56,108 nt of DNA from a virus (taxonomy: Duplodnaviria; Caudoviricetes): positions 1-56,108 of the IMG/VR virus record IMGVR_UViG_3300031565_000040. The stretch is one strand, 5' to 3'. The position numbers were made by a program, and so were the translations under genes. Under the pieces are notes generated by a model. It did not search any database. It was given only the letters and a program-made list of their open reading frames with translations, and was not told the origin of the DNA. Shown here piece by piece: positions 37,411 to 47,700 of the stretch (positions within the stretch are counted from its first letter, which is position 1; each line of letters opens with the position of its first letter).

Positions 37411-39935
37411 TGAAAAGGTTCATACTTATATTTATATTCTGTACGGCAGCGATGGGCGCGAGCCTTACGCAAACAATTTCTCTCAATAGTTTCAACGCCG
37501 GTGAACTCTCGCCTCTTATGAACGCACGGGTGGACTATCCGAAATATAAACTCGGCGCAAAGACTTTAGAGAACATGATAGTAAGGGCGCAAGGGCCAAT
37601 ATCGAGGAGGCCGGGCACTAAATACATCGCTTCGGTAAAAGACGATACGGACGCTACAAGACTGATTCCCTTCGAGTATTCGACTATCTACGCCTATATT
37701 GAAGAAGTAGGCGACAAATACGCGAGGTTCTACCGTACCGTTGATGGTGTAGCCGGTCCGATTGTAACTACTTATTCTGCATGGGCCACATCCACGGCTT
37801 ACAGTGTAGGTGCGTTAGTGACACACAGCGGTTACTATCGGTGTTTGGTAGCCCATACATCAGATGATTGGGATACCGATTTAACTGCCGTCAAATGGGC
37901 AGTAACCGCCGGGGCTACCGATCTTGCCTACGAGATAGTCACACCGTGGGACGAAAGCGACGTCTTTGAGCTTCAATTCTGTCAGGATGCCGAGACGATG
38001 AGAATTGTCCATCCCGACTACGAACCCTACAAACTCACGAGGACTGGTCATACCTCATGGACGTGCACGCCGATAAACTCTACCACCGGCCCTTTTCTCG
38101 ATGAGAATAACGATACTACGTGGACTCTGACATCAAATAAGACTACGGGTACGGGCGCTACTATTACTTCAACGGACGACCTTTTCTTGCCCGACCCAAA
38201 CTACGTAGGTGCGTTGTTTCAAATAAGTCATTCCCTTGCCGCCGGTTCGGTAACGAAGTTATTTTGGTCGTCTGGTGATTCAACTTCGGATTCGATTACA
38301 GTCCAGAAGTACCGGTACTACGATGTCATTACAAGCGGTTCATGGGCGGGCACTTTCAAAATACAAAGGTCTTACGGTGACGATGTTTGGGAGGATGTCT
38401 ACAGTATCCGCTATACGTATAACGGGAATATCCAATATTCCGGGCAGGAACTTGAAAAGACCTGCCTTTACCGAATGAAAATGGTAGACCAGTATTTAAC
38501 AAGCCACAACCTACGGCATTACGAGGGTATGTGCTACGGCAATTTTAACGCTCGCGGCTTTATGAATAACGGAGTGGTCGAGATAACCAGTGTTACGAAT
38601 ACGAAGGTCGCTACTGCCGATATAAAGATAGCTATAGGAGCGGCCGATACTACTACTTATCACTGGTCGGAGGGTGCATGGAGCAATTACCGGGGCTGGC
38701 CGAGGACGGTCGAGCATCACGAGCAGAGAGTCATTTACGGCGGCTCAGCATCTTATCCCCAGGCTATATGGGCCTCTATTATAGCGACTCAGGACTCCGA
38801 TTACGATGACTTCACTGCCAATACCGAATCCGATTCCACAGGGAATTTAGGAGGCCCGGATGATATTGCGTGGACATATACATTGCCGGGCATGAATCCA
38901 ATTCAATGGATGAAGTCAACCGAATATTTAATGATAGGCACGACTTCGGGGGTAGGGAAATTAGGCCAGCCGGACAAACCAATTACTCCCAACTTCCCCC
39001 CGACTTTTCGTATCCAGAACCATAACGGGTGCGCTTATATTCAGCCGAAAGGCGCGGTTGACGCCCTTCTCTACATAGAGAGGGGCGGTCAGAAAGTCAG
39101 GGAACTCGCCTTTGCATACTCTTCAGATAAATACGAAGCGCCTGATATGACCGTCTTGGCCGAGCACATAACAGGCGATGGCATAGTCGAGATAGATTTT
39201 CAGAACCGGCCGGAACCTATCTTATGGTGCATCAGGGAAGATGGTCAGTTGCTTTCATTCACCTATCACAGAAAGCACGATGTCCTTGCGTGGTCGAGGA
39301 ACGATACGGGCATTGCAGACAAGTTCAAATCGGTAGCGGTGATACCCGGTACTAACGAGGACGAACTTTGGGCGATAGTTGACAGGACGGTAGATACTTA
39401 CGTTGAGCAGTTCCAGCCGTGGGACTGGGGGACAGACCAGAACGACTGCTACTTTGTGGATTGTGCGGTCGATGATATAACGAATTTGATTCATATCGAG
39501 GGCGAGACGGTCGCTCTATTTGCGGACGGCCGGCCGATAGGCACTTACACGGTCTCAGGAGGCGAGATAAGTCCATCGGGTAGTTATACCTATACTACAG
39601 TGGGGCTTCCTTATACATCCGTTTTCGAGACAATGCCGCTTACAGCCTCATCGAGTCATGGTTATATAAACGCAGAATATACAAGGATAGCATCTCTCAT
39701 TGTTGACTTTTACAAGACTTTAGGCTGTCACATAGGCCCGGATGCAACCAATACCCACGATTTCAAGTTCTCCAACGATTCTTTCGCCACGACTTTGGAT
39801 GTTGTAACAGACTTTAAGGTGTCACCGTATCTGTGGGGAACGAAACGGTCGCCGACAATCTATTTTCAGGAATCCGATCCTATCCCTCTGACTATCAGGG
39901 GCGTTTATCCGAGAGTTATAGTAAGTTATGATTAA
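37407..39935 (+). CDS. Tail tubular protein B / nozzle (T7 gp12-like) with N-terminal signal peptide
   Basis: SFNAGELSP, RRPGT, RLIPF, GWPR....EQR, AWSR, VGLPYTS; preceded by MMKRFILIFIFCTAAMG; AAGGA RBS and ATGA coupling. Confidence 0.9.
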   Translation: MMKRFILIFIFCTAAMGASLTQTISLNSFNAGELSPLMNARVDYPKYKLGAKTLENMIVRAQGPISRRPGTKYIASVKDDTDATRLIPFEYSTIYAYIEEVGDKYARFYRTVDGVAGPIVTTYSAWATSTAYSVGALVTHSGYYRCLVAHTSDDWDTDLTAVKWAVTAGATDLAYEIVTPWDESDVFELQFCQDAETMRIVHPDYEPYKLTRTGHTSWTCTPINSTTGPFLDENNDTTWTLTSNKTTGTGATITSTDDLFLPDPNYVGALFQISHSLAAGSVTKLFWSSGDSTSDSITVQKYRYYDVITSGSWAGTFKIQRSYGDDVWEDVYSIRYTYNGNIQYSGQELEKTCLYRMKMVDQYLTSHNLRHYEGMCYGNFNARGFMNNGVVEITSVTNTKVATADIKIAIGAADTTTYHWSEGAWSNYRGWPRTVEHHEQRVIYGGSASYPQAIWASIIATQDSDYDDFTANTESDSTGNLGGPDDIAWTYTLPGMNPIQWMKSTEYLMIGTTSGVGKLGQPDKPITPNFPPTFRIQNHNGCAYIQPKGAVDALLYIERGGQKVRELAFAYSSDKYEAPDMTVLAEHITGDGIVEIDFQNRPEPILWCIREDGQLLSFTYHRKHDVLAWSRNDTGIADKFKSVAVIPGTNEDELWAIVDRTVDTYVEQFQPWDWGTDQNDCYFVDCAVDDITNLIHIEGETVALFADGRPIGTYTVSGGEISPSGSYTYTTVGLPYTSVFETMPLTASSSHGYINAEYTRIASLIVDFYKTLGCHIGPDATNTHDFKFSNDSFATTLDVVTDFKVSPYLWGTKRSPTIYFQESDPIPLTIRGVYPRVIVSYD

Positions 39936-42426
39936 ACTACTTATAATATTATTTTTATGCCTAACACCTGAGCAGAAAGCGTGGGAAAACATTCAGTTAC
40001 CTAACGATTCCGTTCTTGCATGGTCGCGCCATAAGACGGGATACAATCAGGATGATAAGTTTCTTTCCGTAGCGACTATTCCCGGATCAGGTGGAGAGGA
40101 TGAGGTCTGGGTGATAGTCGAAAGGACTATAGATGGTGTAAAGCAAGTCAATGTCGAGCAATTCCAGCCCCGCGACTTCGGAGACCAGAACAATGCTTGG
40201 TTTGTCGATTGTGGCTTAGTGGGATGGAGCGATGGCGGTGGTGGGTTAATTAACATAATTGAACCTACCGATGATGTTACGGTGGGCGAATATCCGACTT
40301 TGCAGGAACTTACTGACGATGAGATACCTGATACCCCGGCAGAGCCGGAAGATACGGCGCTTGTCGGAGCAACGAACGTCAATGATTACGCCGGATTACA
40401 GGCTATGACCGGATCAGGTCATTATAATATCACTGGCGATATAGATTTGGAAGGTGAAACGTGGATTCCGATAGATGATTTCAGTGGGGTTATAGAAGGT
40501 AATGGTTTTACAATTTCAAATTTAACTCATACCGCAGAAGCATCGGCATTCGATACCGGCATGTTCAATAATCTACTTTCCGGCGCGGAAATACGCAATT
40601 TGACATTGAAAGATTTTGCCATTACAGGTGATTTTGGGACGGGTGCTTTGGCAGGTAACGGAGTTGGGGATATTGTAATTAAAGATGTTAATGTAACAGG
40701 TTGCACAATTGAGGGTTATTGCTATCTTGGTGCACTCGTTGGTTTTCTGGAAGAAATAACTTCCGGTGGTATTTATGATTGTGATGCAATTGATTGTACT
40801 ATATCGGGTACGGACTGGTCAGGCGGCTTGTGTGGATATATTGAAATTGATAACGATGCAACAGATGACTTTAATATTGTCAACTGTAGTGTTGCTGACG
40901 GCACTCTTACAGTATTGGATGGTACTTATTGCGGTGGCTTGGTCGGTTCGGGAGAGGGAACAATCCATACTACCCCGGATAGATATATCACTTTTCATAC
41001 ATGCAGTTCCTCTATGAACATAATAGTAGGGGACACAGATGAAGCGCAGTCTCTTGGCGGATTTATTGGCCTTGCAGACTGGTGCGATTTCATCAGTTGT
41101 TCCGCAACAGGTAATATAGATTATATAGGTTCAGATAGTGGCGGCATTCCTTATGGAATAGGCGGTTTTGTCGGATTTGAAACAGGCGTAGGCACGTATA
41201 TAAATTGCTATTCAACCGGCGATATAACAATGGACGCAGAAAACTTTTCTCTAATGCAGCTCATTGGAGGCTTTGTCGGAAAATGCGACCAGACAGCAAC
41301 TCAGATATTTACTCGATGCTATTCAACTGGTGATATTACTATGACAAATGTTGGCAGTATGTCATGGCATGGAGTTGGTGGTTTTATGGGAGGCTATCTT
41401 GGTACTGGCGGAACAATTAGAAGATGCTGGTCTGAAGGCGATATTAGTTTAGACGACGAAGGAGTGCCGGGAGTAACATACAAAGGCGGACTTGGAAGTT
41501 TTATAGGCATGATATGGCATAGCGATACCGGGGCAGGAACAATCGAAAATTGCTATGCCTGGGGCAGTATAACAATCGAGACACTGAACGAGAACGATGA
41601 TGATTTGGGCGTTAGCGGCTTTTTGGGAAGTATAGCAAAATTAGGGACATACACATTGACGAATTGCTACGATGCCCAGACCGATACGGCGACAGGTTCG
41701 GGATATACAAGTCAAATCCCAACGGGAGATTATTCCAAAGGTTTGGTCGGATGGCTTACGACGTCTGTTACTGTAACCGATACTGCAATATTCTGGGATA
41801 CAGAGACATCAGGTATAGACGAAGATGATTATGCCGTTGGCCATATAACGACATGGATGCAGACACAGGCGAACTACGAGGCCGCCGGTTGGGACTTCGA
41901 TACGATATGGGTTTTGGATGAAGTGACTACCCCTGGCGAGCCTGGCGACAGCGAACCTAATACATGGAGCGGCATGGATCATGCTATTGGTATGGAAGTA
42001 TGTGTTTACGCCGATGGCCGACCGATAGGAGTTTATACTGTAGATGCCAACGGTGTCTTGGATTTAGGTGCGGAATACGAGACTGTAATAGCCGGTATAA
42101 ACTATTATTCAACTTATGAGTCTTTTCCCTTAGTCACGGAGACCAACTTCGGTTTGAGTACCGGCCAGCAGGCGAGGATAATGGATATTACAATAGACTT
42201 CTACGAGTCTTTAGGCTGTCACGTGGGGGTTGACAGGACTAACAGTACCGACTGGATTTTTAGTAAAGACGATTTCGCAACGAGGATCGACCTTGTGACC
42301 GAATACAAAAAAGGTTCTTTCCTGTGGGGCACTACGCGCGAGCCGATAGTCTATTTGTGGGAATGGGAGCCTGTGCCTCTAACCGTGAGGGCAATATATC
42401 CGAAAATGGGGGTAACAAGTGATTAA
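39928..42426 (+). CDS. Paralog of the nozzle C-terminal region with an inserted GLUG-type beta-helix
   Basis: Both ends align to the last ~215 aa of the nozzle; interior has GGLVG/GGFVG and CYSTG repeats plus GWDFDTIW. Confidence 0.85.
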   Translation: MIKLLIILFLCLTPEQKAWENIQLPNDSVLAWSRHKTGYNQDDKFLSVATIPGSGGEDEVWVIVERTIDGVKQVNVEQFQPRDFGDQNNAWFVDCGLVGWSDGGGGLINIIEPTDDVTVGEYPTLQELTDDEIPDTPAEPEDTALVGATNVNDYAGLQAMTGSGHYNITGDIDLEGETWIPIDDFSGVIEGNGFTISNLTHTAEASAFDTGMFNNLLSGAEIRNLTLKDFAITGDFGTGALAGNGVGDIVIKDVNVTGCTIEGYCYLGALVGFLEEITSGGIYDCDAIDCTISGTDWSGGLCGYIEIDNDATDDFNIVNCSVADGTLTVLDGTYCGGLVGSGEGTIHTTPDRYITFHTCSSSMNIIVGDTDEAQSLGGFIGLADWCDFISCSATGNIDYIGSDSGGIPYGIGGFVGFETGVGTYINCYSTGDITMDAENFSLMQLIGGFVGKCDQTATQIFTRCYSTGDITMTNVGSMSWHGVGGFMGGYLGTGGTIRRCWSEGDISLDDEGVPGVTYKGGLGSFIGMIWHSDTGAGTIENCYAWGSITIETLNENDDDLGVSGFLGSIAKLGTYTLTNCYDAQTDTATGSGYTSQIPTGDYSKGLVGWLTTSVTVTDTAIFWDTETSGIDEDDYAVGHITTWMQTQANYEAAGWDFDTIWVLDEVTTPGEPGDSEPNTWSGMDHAIGMEVCVYADGRPIGVYTVDANGVLDLGAEYETVIAGINYYSTYESFPLVTETNFGLSTGQQARIMDITIDFYESLGCHVGVDRTNSTDWIFSKDDFATRIDLVTEYKKGSFLWGTTREPIVYLWEWEPVPLTVRAIYPKMGVTSD

Positions 42427-42775
42427 ATTAAAACCATATCTACCGACAGACGCCGTGATTTTGACCGGCGACAGGATGTGCGCCGAATTAGCCCAATTGA
42501 ATCAAATATCAGGGCCGGGCTTTACCTTATGTGACGGTAACAGGCCTTTGGCTTCAGGCGGTGTGAGGATATACGGGGTAGCCGAGGCGTGGTTCGTACT
42601 CGGCGATGAGGCTAAGGAAAAGTACCTTTTGATGGTAATGCGTAAGATTAAAAAAGAGTTAGAGAAAATCCAGCGTCGAGAGAAACTTTATAAAATCTAC
42701 GCCGAGGATACGAAGAGCGAGAATTTCCTTCAGCATCTGAGATTCGTAAAGAAGAACAATATATTCGTGAGGTAA
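42419..42775 (+). CDS. GNAT-fold / T7 gp13-like protein
   Basis: GGV..GVAEAW and FLQHLRF; position after the nozzle. Confidence 0.65.
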   Translation: MIKLKPYLPTDAVILTGDRMCAELAQLNQISGPGFTLCDGNRPLASGGVRIYGVAEAWFVLGDEAKEKYLLMVMRKIKKELEKIQRREKLYKIYAEDTKSENFLQHLRFVKKNNIFVR

Positions 42776-42779
42776 TAAG

Positions 42780-43256
42780 ATGGCGTTAGCAACAGCCGGA
42801 ATGATGATCGCCGGTACGGGCATGGGCGTGGCGGGTTCTATCATGCAGGGCAGGGAAGTCAACAGGCAGGCCAGAGACGCCGCCCGTGAGAGGCTATATG
42901 AGGCCGCCGTACTTAAAACAGCGGCGGGCGAAAAAGCACACGGACTCGCACAGGAGCGGTCTTATGCAATGGGTTCGGCAAGGGCCACTGCTGCAAAAGC
43001 CGGTGTCAAAGGTACGGGTTCTGTAAAGACCCAAAGGAATCGAATATCCGCGATGTACACACAGAAAATAGCGAATATGGGTTTGGAGACGGGCCATAGG
43101 ATAGGCTTTTTGGAACGGGAGGCCGAAGAACTCAAACGCAGGGGCAGGAGTGCAAAAAGGGCTGGTTATTGGGGTGCGGGTGCAAGTCTATTAAGCGGTG
43201 GTGCTCAATTCGGAAGTACATTTAAATCCGGCGGCGGCAAACTATTATTCCGGTAA
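42780..43256 (+). CDS. Internal virion protein (gp14-like)
   Basis: Gly/Ala-rich hydrophobic termini; A.AGV..GS motif. Confidence 0.75.
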   Translation: MALATAGMMIAGTGMGVAGSIMQGREVNRQARDAARERLYEAAVLKTAAGEKAHGLAQERSYAMGSARATAAKAGVKGTGSVKTQRNRISAMYTQKIANMGLETGHRIGFLEREAEELKRRGRSAKRAGYWGAGASLLSGGAQFGSTFKSGGGKLLFR

Positions 43257-43260
43257 GATT

Positions 43261-44772
43261 ATGGCAAACGTATTTAGTGGACGTACATATCGAAGTGAAG
43301 GCGCGGCGATGGCGGGTTTTGGCCGGTCGATGATGCAGGCTGCCGGGGCGATGGCGGCTATCGGCAGGGAAGAACAGCAAGAGGAAGAGAACATACAATT
43401 CAAAAACGAGATAGCAAGAGCCGGTGCGCAGGAAATATCGGGGTGGGAAGGTTTTAAACTCCGCCTTTCGGAGTTTCAGGACAATCCAGAGAAGGCACTT
43501 GAGGCTTTTGATAACGAATATCCCAATATAGAAAAGAGCGTTCTTACCGAGACTTCACTTGACCGCGCCCAATCGGCAATGACTAACGACCTTATCGTTA
43601 AAAAAGCGGAATGGCGGGCATGGGTAGCGGATTGGGCACAGGATGAGAACAAAAGGAACGTAGGCGTCAATTACGAGGCCGGACGCAAGAACGCGATGAC
43701 CTCTAAAGTCTGGATAAATACAGATGACCTCGCCGACAGTCTTGCATATAATTACGGCAATGCTCAGGACGCTTACGAAGGCGGATACCTCACCGATGAG
43801 CAATTACAATTCAATACAAGACAATTATTCCAATACCAGATAAAAGACTACCTTCTCCAGTTGGGCGATGAGAAGTATATCAATAATCCCAATTCATTCG
43901 TAGAGGAAACCGGCCTTAATATCCCCGATGCCGAACGGGAGCTTTACGGGTCGGAAGATATAGCGAAGCTGAAGCAAGACTTTGAGATCAGGAAGAACAT
44001 AAACGAATATGAGGCCAAAGTTCTAAGAGAAAAACGGGAGGCCGAAGTCGAATCAGAGGCACGTGACTTTGCAGTTGCCAATGATTTTAAGTCCGGTATA
44101 GACAAGATTAACTCCGCCCGTCACGAACTCGGCGCAGACTGGCATACGAACGCCCTTAATAAATATAAGAACGCTTTTAGTATTATAAACACTACGGGCG
44201 AGAATCCGTTTACGAAGACCCAGAGTTGGGACAGGTTCGGCGAAATCAGGCAGAAGATATTAGACAGGGAAGTAAGGAGCGAAAAAGAGATACGAGATTA
44301 CACCGGCAAGAAAGACGGCTACGCAATAGCTCAGGAAAAATATCTGCTTGATTTATATAACGGCAATGAGAGTTCCGCCAAAGCCTTCGAGGACTCGGCG
44401 GCTGCCCAGAATCTCAAGGCTTTAATAAATTATAATATAGCCGAAGAAAAAGACGAACCCGATATTTACCAATTCGCCACACAGAGGGGTTTGGGACTTC
44501 TGCAGGATACCATTACAAACAATCCCGATTGGACAGACCGGGAAAAGAAGGAAGCCGCTTTACGGATAGGGCGTCAACTCGAACGGGAGTACGAAGACGG
44601 GACGTTGGAAACAGCTTTAGAGAATGTCATCAAAGGCCCGCTATATAGTAAGTTAAAACCGAGCGGATTTATTAAGCCGGGGGGAAAGAAGAGTATTCTA
44701 AGAACGGCAACTAATCCCAAAACGGGCGAAAGGATAGGTTGGAACGGTACGGAATGGATACCAATACAATAA
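43261..44772 (+). CDS. Internal virion protein (gp15-like)
   Basis: Helical; C-terminal TATNPKTGE..W.G..W; position. Confidence 0.7.
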   Translation: MANVFSGRTYRSEGAAMAGFGRSMMQAAGAMAAIGREEQQEEENIQFKNEIARAGAQEISGWEGFKLRLSEFQDNPEKALEAFDNEYPNIEKSVLTETSLDRAQSAMTNDLIVKKAEWRAWVADWAQDENKRNVGVNYEAGRKNAMTSKVWINTDDLADSLAYNYGNAQDAYEGGYLTDEQLQFNTRQLFQYQIKDYLLQLGDEKYINNPNSFVEETGLNIPDAERELYGSEDIAKLKQDFEIRKNINEYEAKVLREKREAEVESEARDFAVANDFKSGIDKINSARHELGADWHTNALNKYKNAFSIINTTGENPFTKTQSWDRFGEIRQKILDREVRSEKEIRDYTGKKDGYAIAQEKYLLDLYNGNESSAKAFEDSAAAQNLKALINYNIAEEKDEPDIYQFATQRGLGLLQDTITNNPDWTDREKKEAALRIGRQLEREYEDGTLETALENVIKGPLYSKLKPSGFIKPGGKKSILRTATNPKTGERIGWNGTEWIPIQ

Positions 44773-47700
44773 CATTGCCAGAAGGATTTGTCCTTGACGA
44801 GCCTGAATTACCCGAAGGCTTTGTTCTTGACGAACCTGCAATTCCCGATCCTCGCGAAGAAGAGAAACAGATAAAGGAGACGGTAGATATTTCCTATGAT
44901 TTGGGAGTTCCGGTATTTGAAGTTGATACCAATTACAAACAGTTGGCAGATAAGCCGGAAAAGAGACCGCCAAGTAAAGCTCCAATGAGTCTTGTTGCAT
45001 ACACGCCGAGTCGGTGGGAAAAGTTTAAGGACTTTTTTGTAAGCAAACGGGAACCATTGCCCCCTAACGCCGATAGGATAGAAAAGATTACTCGCGCATT
45101 CGATATTGGCATGAGTGCTCCTCTGCGGGCTTTTATGAAATTCAGTAAGGGCATGACTCTTGGCGCTCCCGATTTGATGTGGGCGGCGATAAAGAGAATT
45201 ACCCCCGATGATATGTGGGTCGATGAAGTAAAGAATATGACTCTTGATGAGGCTATGGATTGGGCGGGTGGATATGACCCATCGGGATTTCAAAAGTCAG
45301 TTGGAGAGATTGCGGAGTTTGTAGGTCGATTAAGAACAGTAGCTCCAATAGCCCAAAAGATAGGAATAATTGGTAATACCCCAAAAGACATTACAGTTTT
45401 AGATAAAGCCTTTGAAAGTGCTAAATTATTTGGTGCGGCAGCCGTAGGTGAACAGGTTGCTAAATATGCTTCTACTAAAATAGACCCGACAGAAGCGGAA
45501 TATGGTTACGAAGGACCAAAGGCTGTCTTGAGGGATATGGCAATCGGGGCGATATTTAGTCTCGTTCATTCAGGAGTTAAGGGCGCATGGTCGAAACTAA
45601 CGCCTACGGAACATCAAAGAGCGTTAAAGTTGCTCGGATTAAAAGAAGGGGCTTCCACAAATGAGATAAAGTCTGCGGCTCGTGATTTGTTTAGAAAGTA
45701 TCACCCGGACAAAGCTAAAGGATTTCAAGCAGAATTTGAGCGTGTTGTTAAGGCAAGAGATACTCTTATTAAGGGCGAACCGCAGGACATAGTTTTTCGA
45801 GGCCAGAAGATTGTATTTAAGCCAAAGTTGCTTCCGGGCGAAACGGTAGAACAGCAAGCCATAAGATTAGCTAAGAAACCCACAGAGGTTGTTAAAGCAG
45901 CCCCCACAAAGCCCATTCCAGCCCCTACCAAGCCCGTAGAGCCGATAAAAGTACCAGAGCCGACCGTAGAGGGGGAAGTGGTAGCGCAAACACCAGAAGA
46001 TGCCCAAAGAGCCTTACGAATTTGGCAGGAATACCTCAGAACGGGAGATGATGCTATTCTTGAAGATATGCCGCCGGGCGCAGAAATCCCTATAAGTCCA
46101 GAAGACGTTAGTTTGAGTTTAGCGGAATCATTAGATACTTCTGAAAAAAGAGTAGAATTCAAGAAAAATATGGCGGATGCTATCAATCTTGTAGAACGTG
46201 GGGGCGCGGAATTTAGAGATTTAACGGCAGAAGTAATAGCATACCAAAAAGTATGGGGCAAAACAGACCCATTACCAACAGATATGCTCAGATATATTGG
46301 TATGGCTCCATCAGAACTCACCCCCACCCCTCCCGCAGAGCCGATAAAAGAGGCAGCCCCGACCGTAGAGGCCAAGCAAGCCCCCGCCGAGGCGAAGGGG
46401 AAGGTAAGAGACATTCTTGGTGGAGTTGAACCTATCACTCAGATAAATAAGGCTTTGAAAGATGCCGTTGAAATCCGGCCTAAAGTCGAAGCGGAGCGCA
46501 AGGCCGAGCTAAGAAAAAGGGTAGGTGCGGCTGCCGGTACTCTTAAATCAACTCTTAAGAAGGGTGAAATGGGTGCCGAAGAAGCTATTGGCCGTTCGAC
46601 CGGACTTCTCAAAGGGCCGCTATCCAATGCGAGATATGAGTCTATACGTGGCGTTATGGAAGAGGCATCCCCCGGCGCAGTTGACAATGCGTTTCGGTCT
46701 ATAGGCGAGAGTAAGAAGTTGAAATACTTTGAAGTCGTTGGAACGAAAGAAGCCTTCGCCAAGTTGATTGACGGCATTCCGATTACTCTTCGTGAAGTCG
46801 AGATGATTAAAAAACATTTCGGAATTGAAATGGGCAAGATAGCCAAAGAGCGTGCGGAGAAGTCGTCACTATCTGATAGAGCCTTTGCTCTTTGGAGGGC
46901 CGGACTTCTTACCGGTATTAAAACCAGCGGACTCAATACACTGAGCAACCTTACCCACGCCTTAACTGAAACGGCTAAAGATGTTATCGCTACTCCTGTT
47001 GATATAGTTGCTTCATTATTCACAGGAGAAAGAACTGTCGGGTTCACGGTTAGAGGAATACCCGGCGGTATGAAAAAGGGTTGGTCAAAGGGATGGGAGT
47101 ATCTTAAAACCGGAATTGATGAACGGGGATTAGAAAAGAAACTCGATTATGAGCCAGTCAATTTCGGAGAATCCAAAACCGGTAAGTTGAAGCAGGTATA
47201 CGTAGAAACGATATTTCATATTATGGGAGCGGAAGATCAGCCGTTCTTTTACGGAGCGATGTCGCGTTCTATTCGCAGCCAGGCGATTGCCCAGGGCAGA
47301 AATAAAGGATTGAAAGGGCAGGAACTCCGGGACTTTGTAGAACAAGCGAGAAAAACTCCGACACAGGATATGCTGGAAAATGGAATACACGATGCGGAAA
47401 TAGCAGTCTTTCAGAACAGGACTATTCTCGGCGATATAGCAAGGGCCATACAAAAAGCGCCGATAGCACGTTGGACGGTTCCGTTTAGTCGAACGCCTTC
47501 TGCTGTTGCTATGCAGATTATCAATTACACGCCAGTTGGCCCCATTAAAGAGGTAATGGCCCAGATACATAAAGGCGAGTTTAATCAGCGCGACTTTGTT
47601 CATGCCGTTGGCAGGGCAGGAGTAGGGATTCCTGCATTAGCTATTGGCGCATTGCTTTTTACTAAGGGTCTTATGACACTTGATTACCCCAAGGGAGAAC

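Noticed and set aside
45725-47603. Minus-strand ORFs of 157-237 aa inside the gp16-like gene
   Set aside because: Antisense shadows with low-complexity translations
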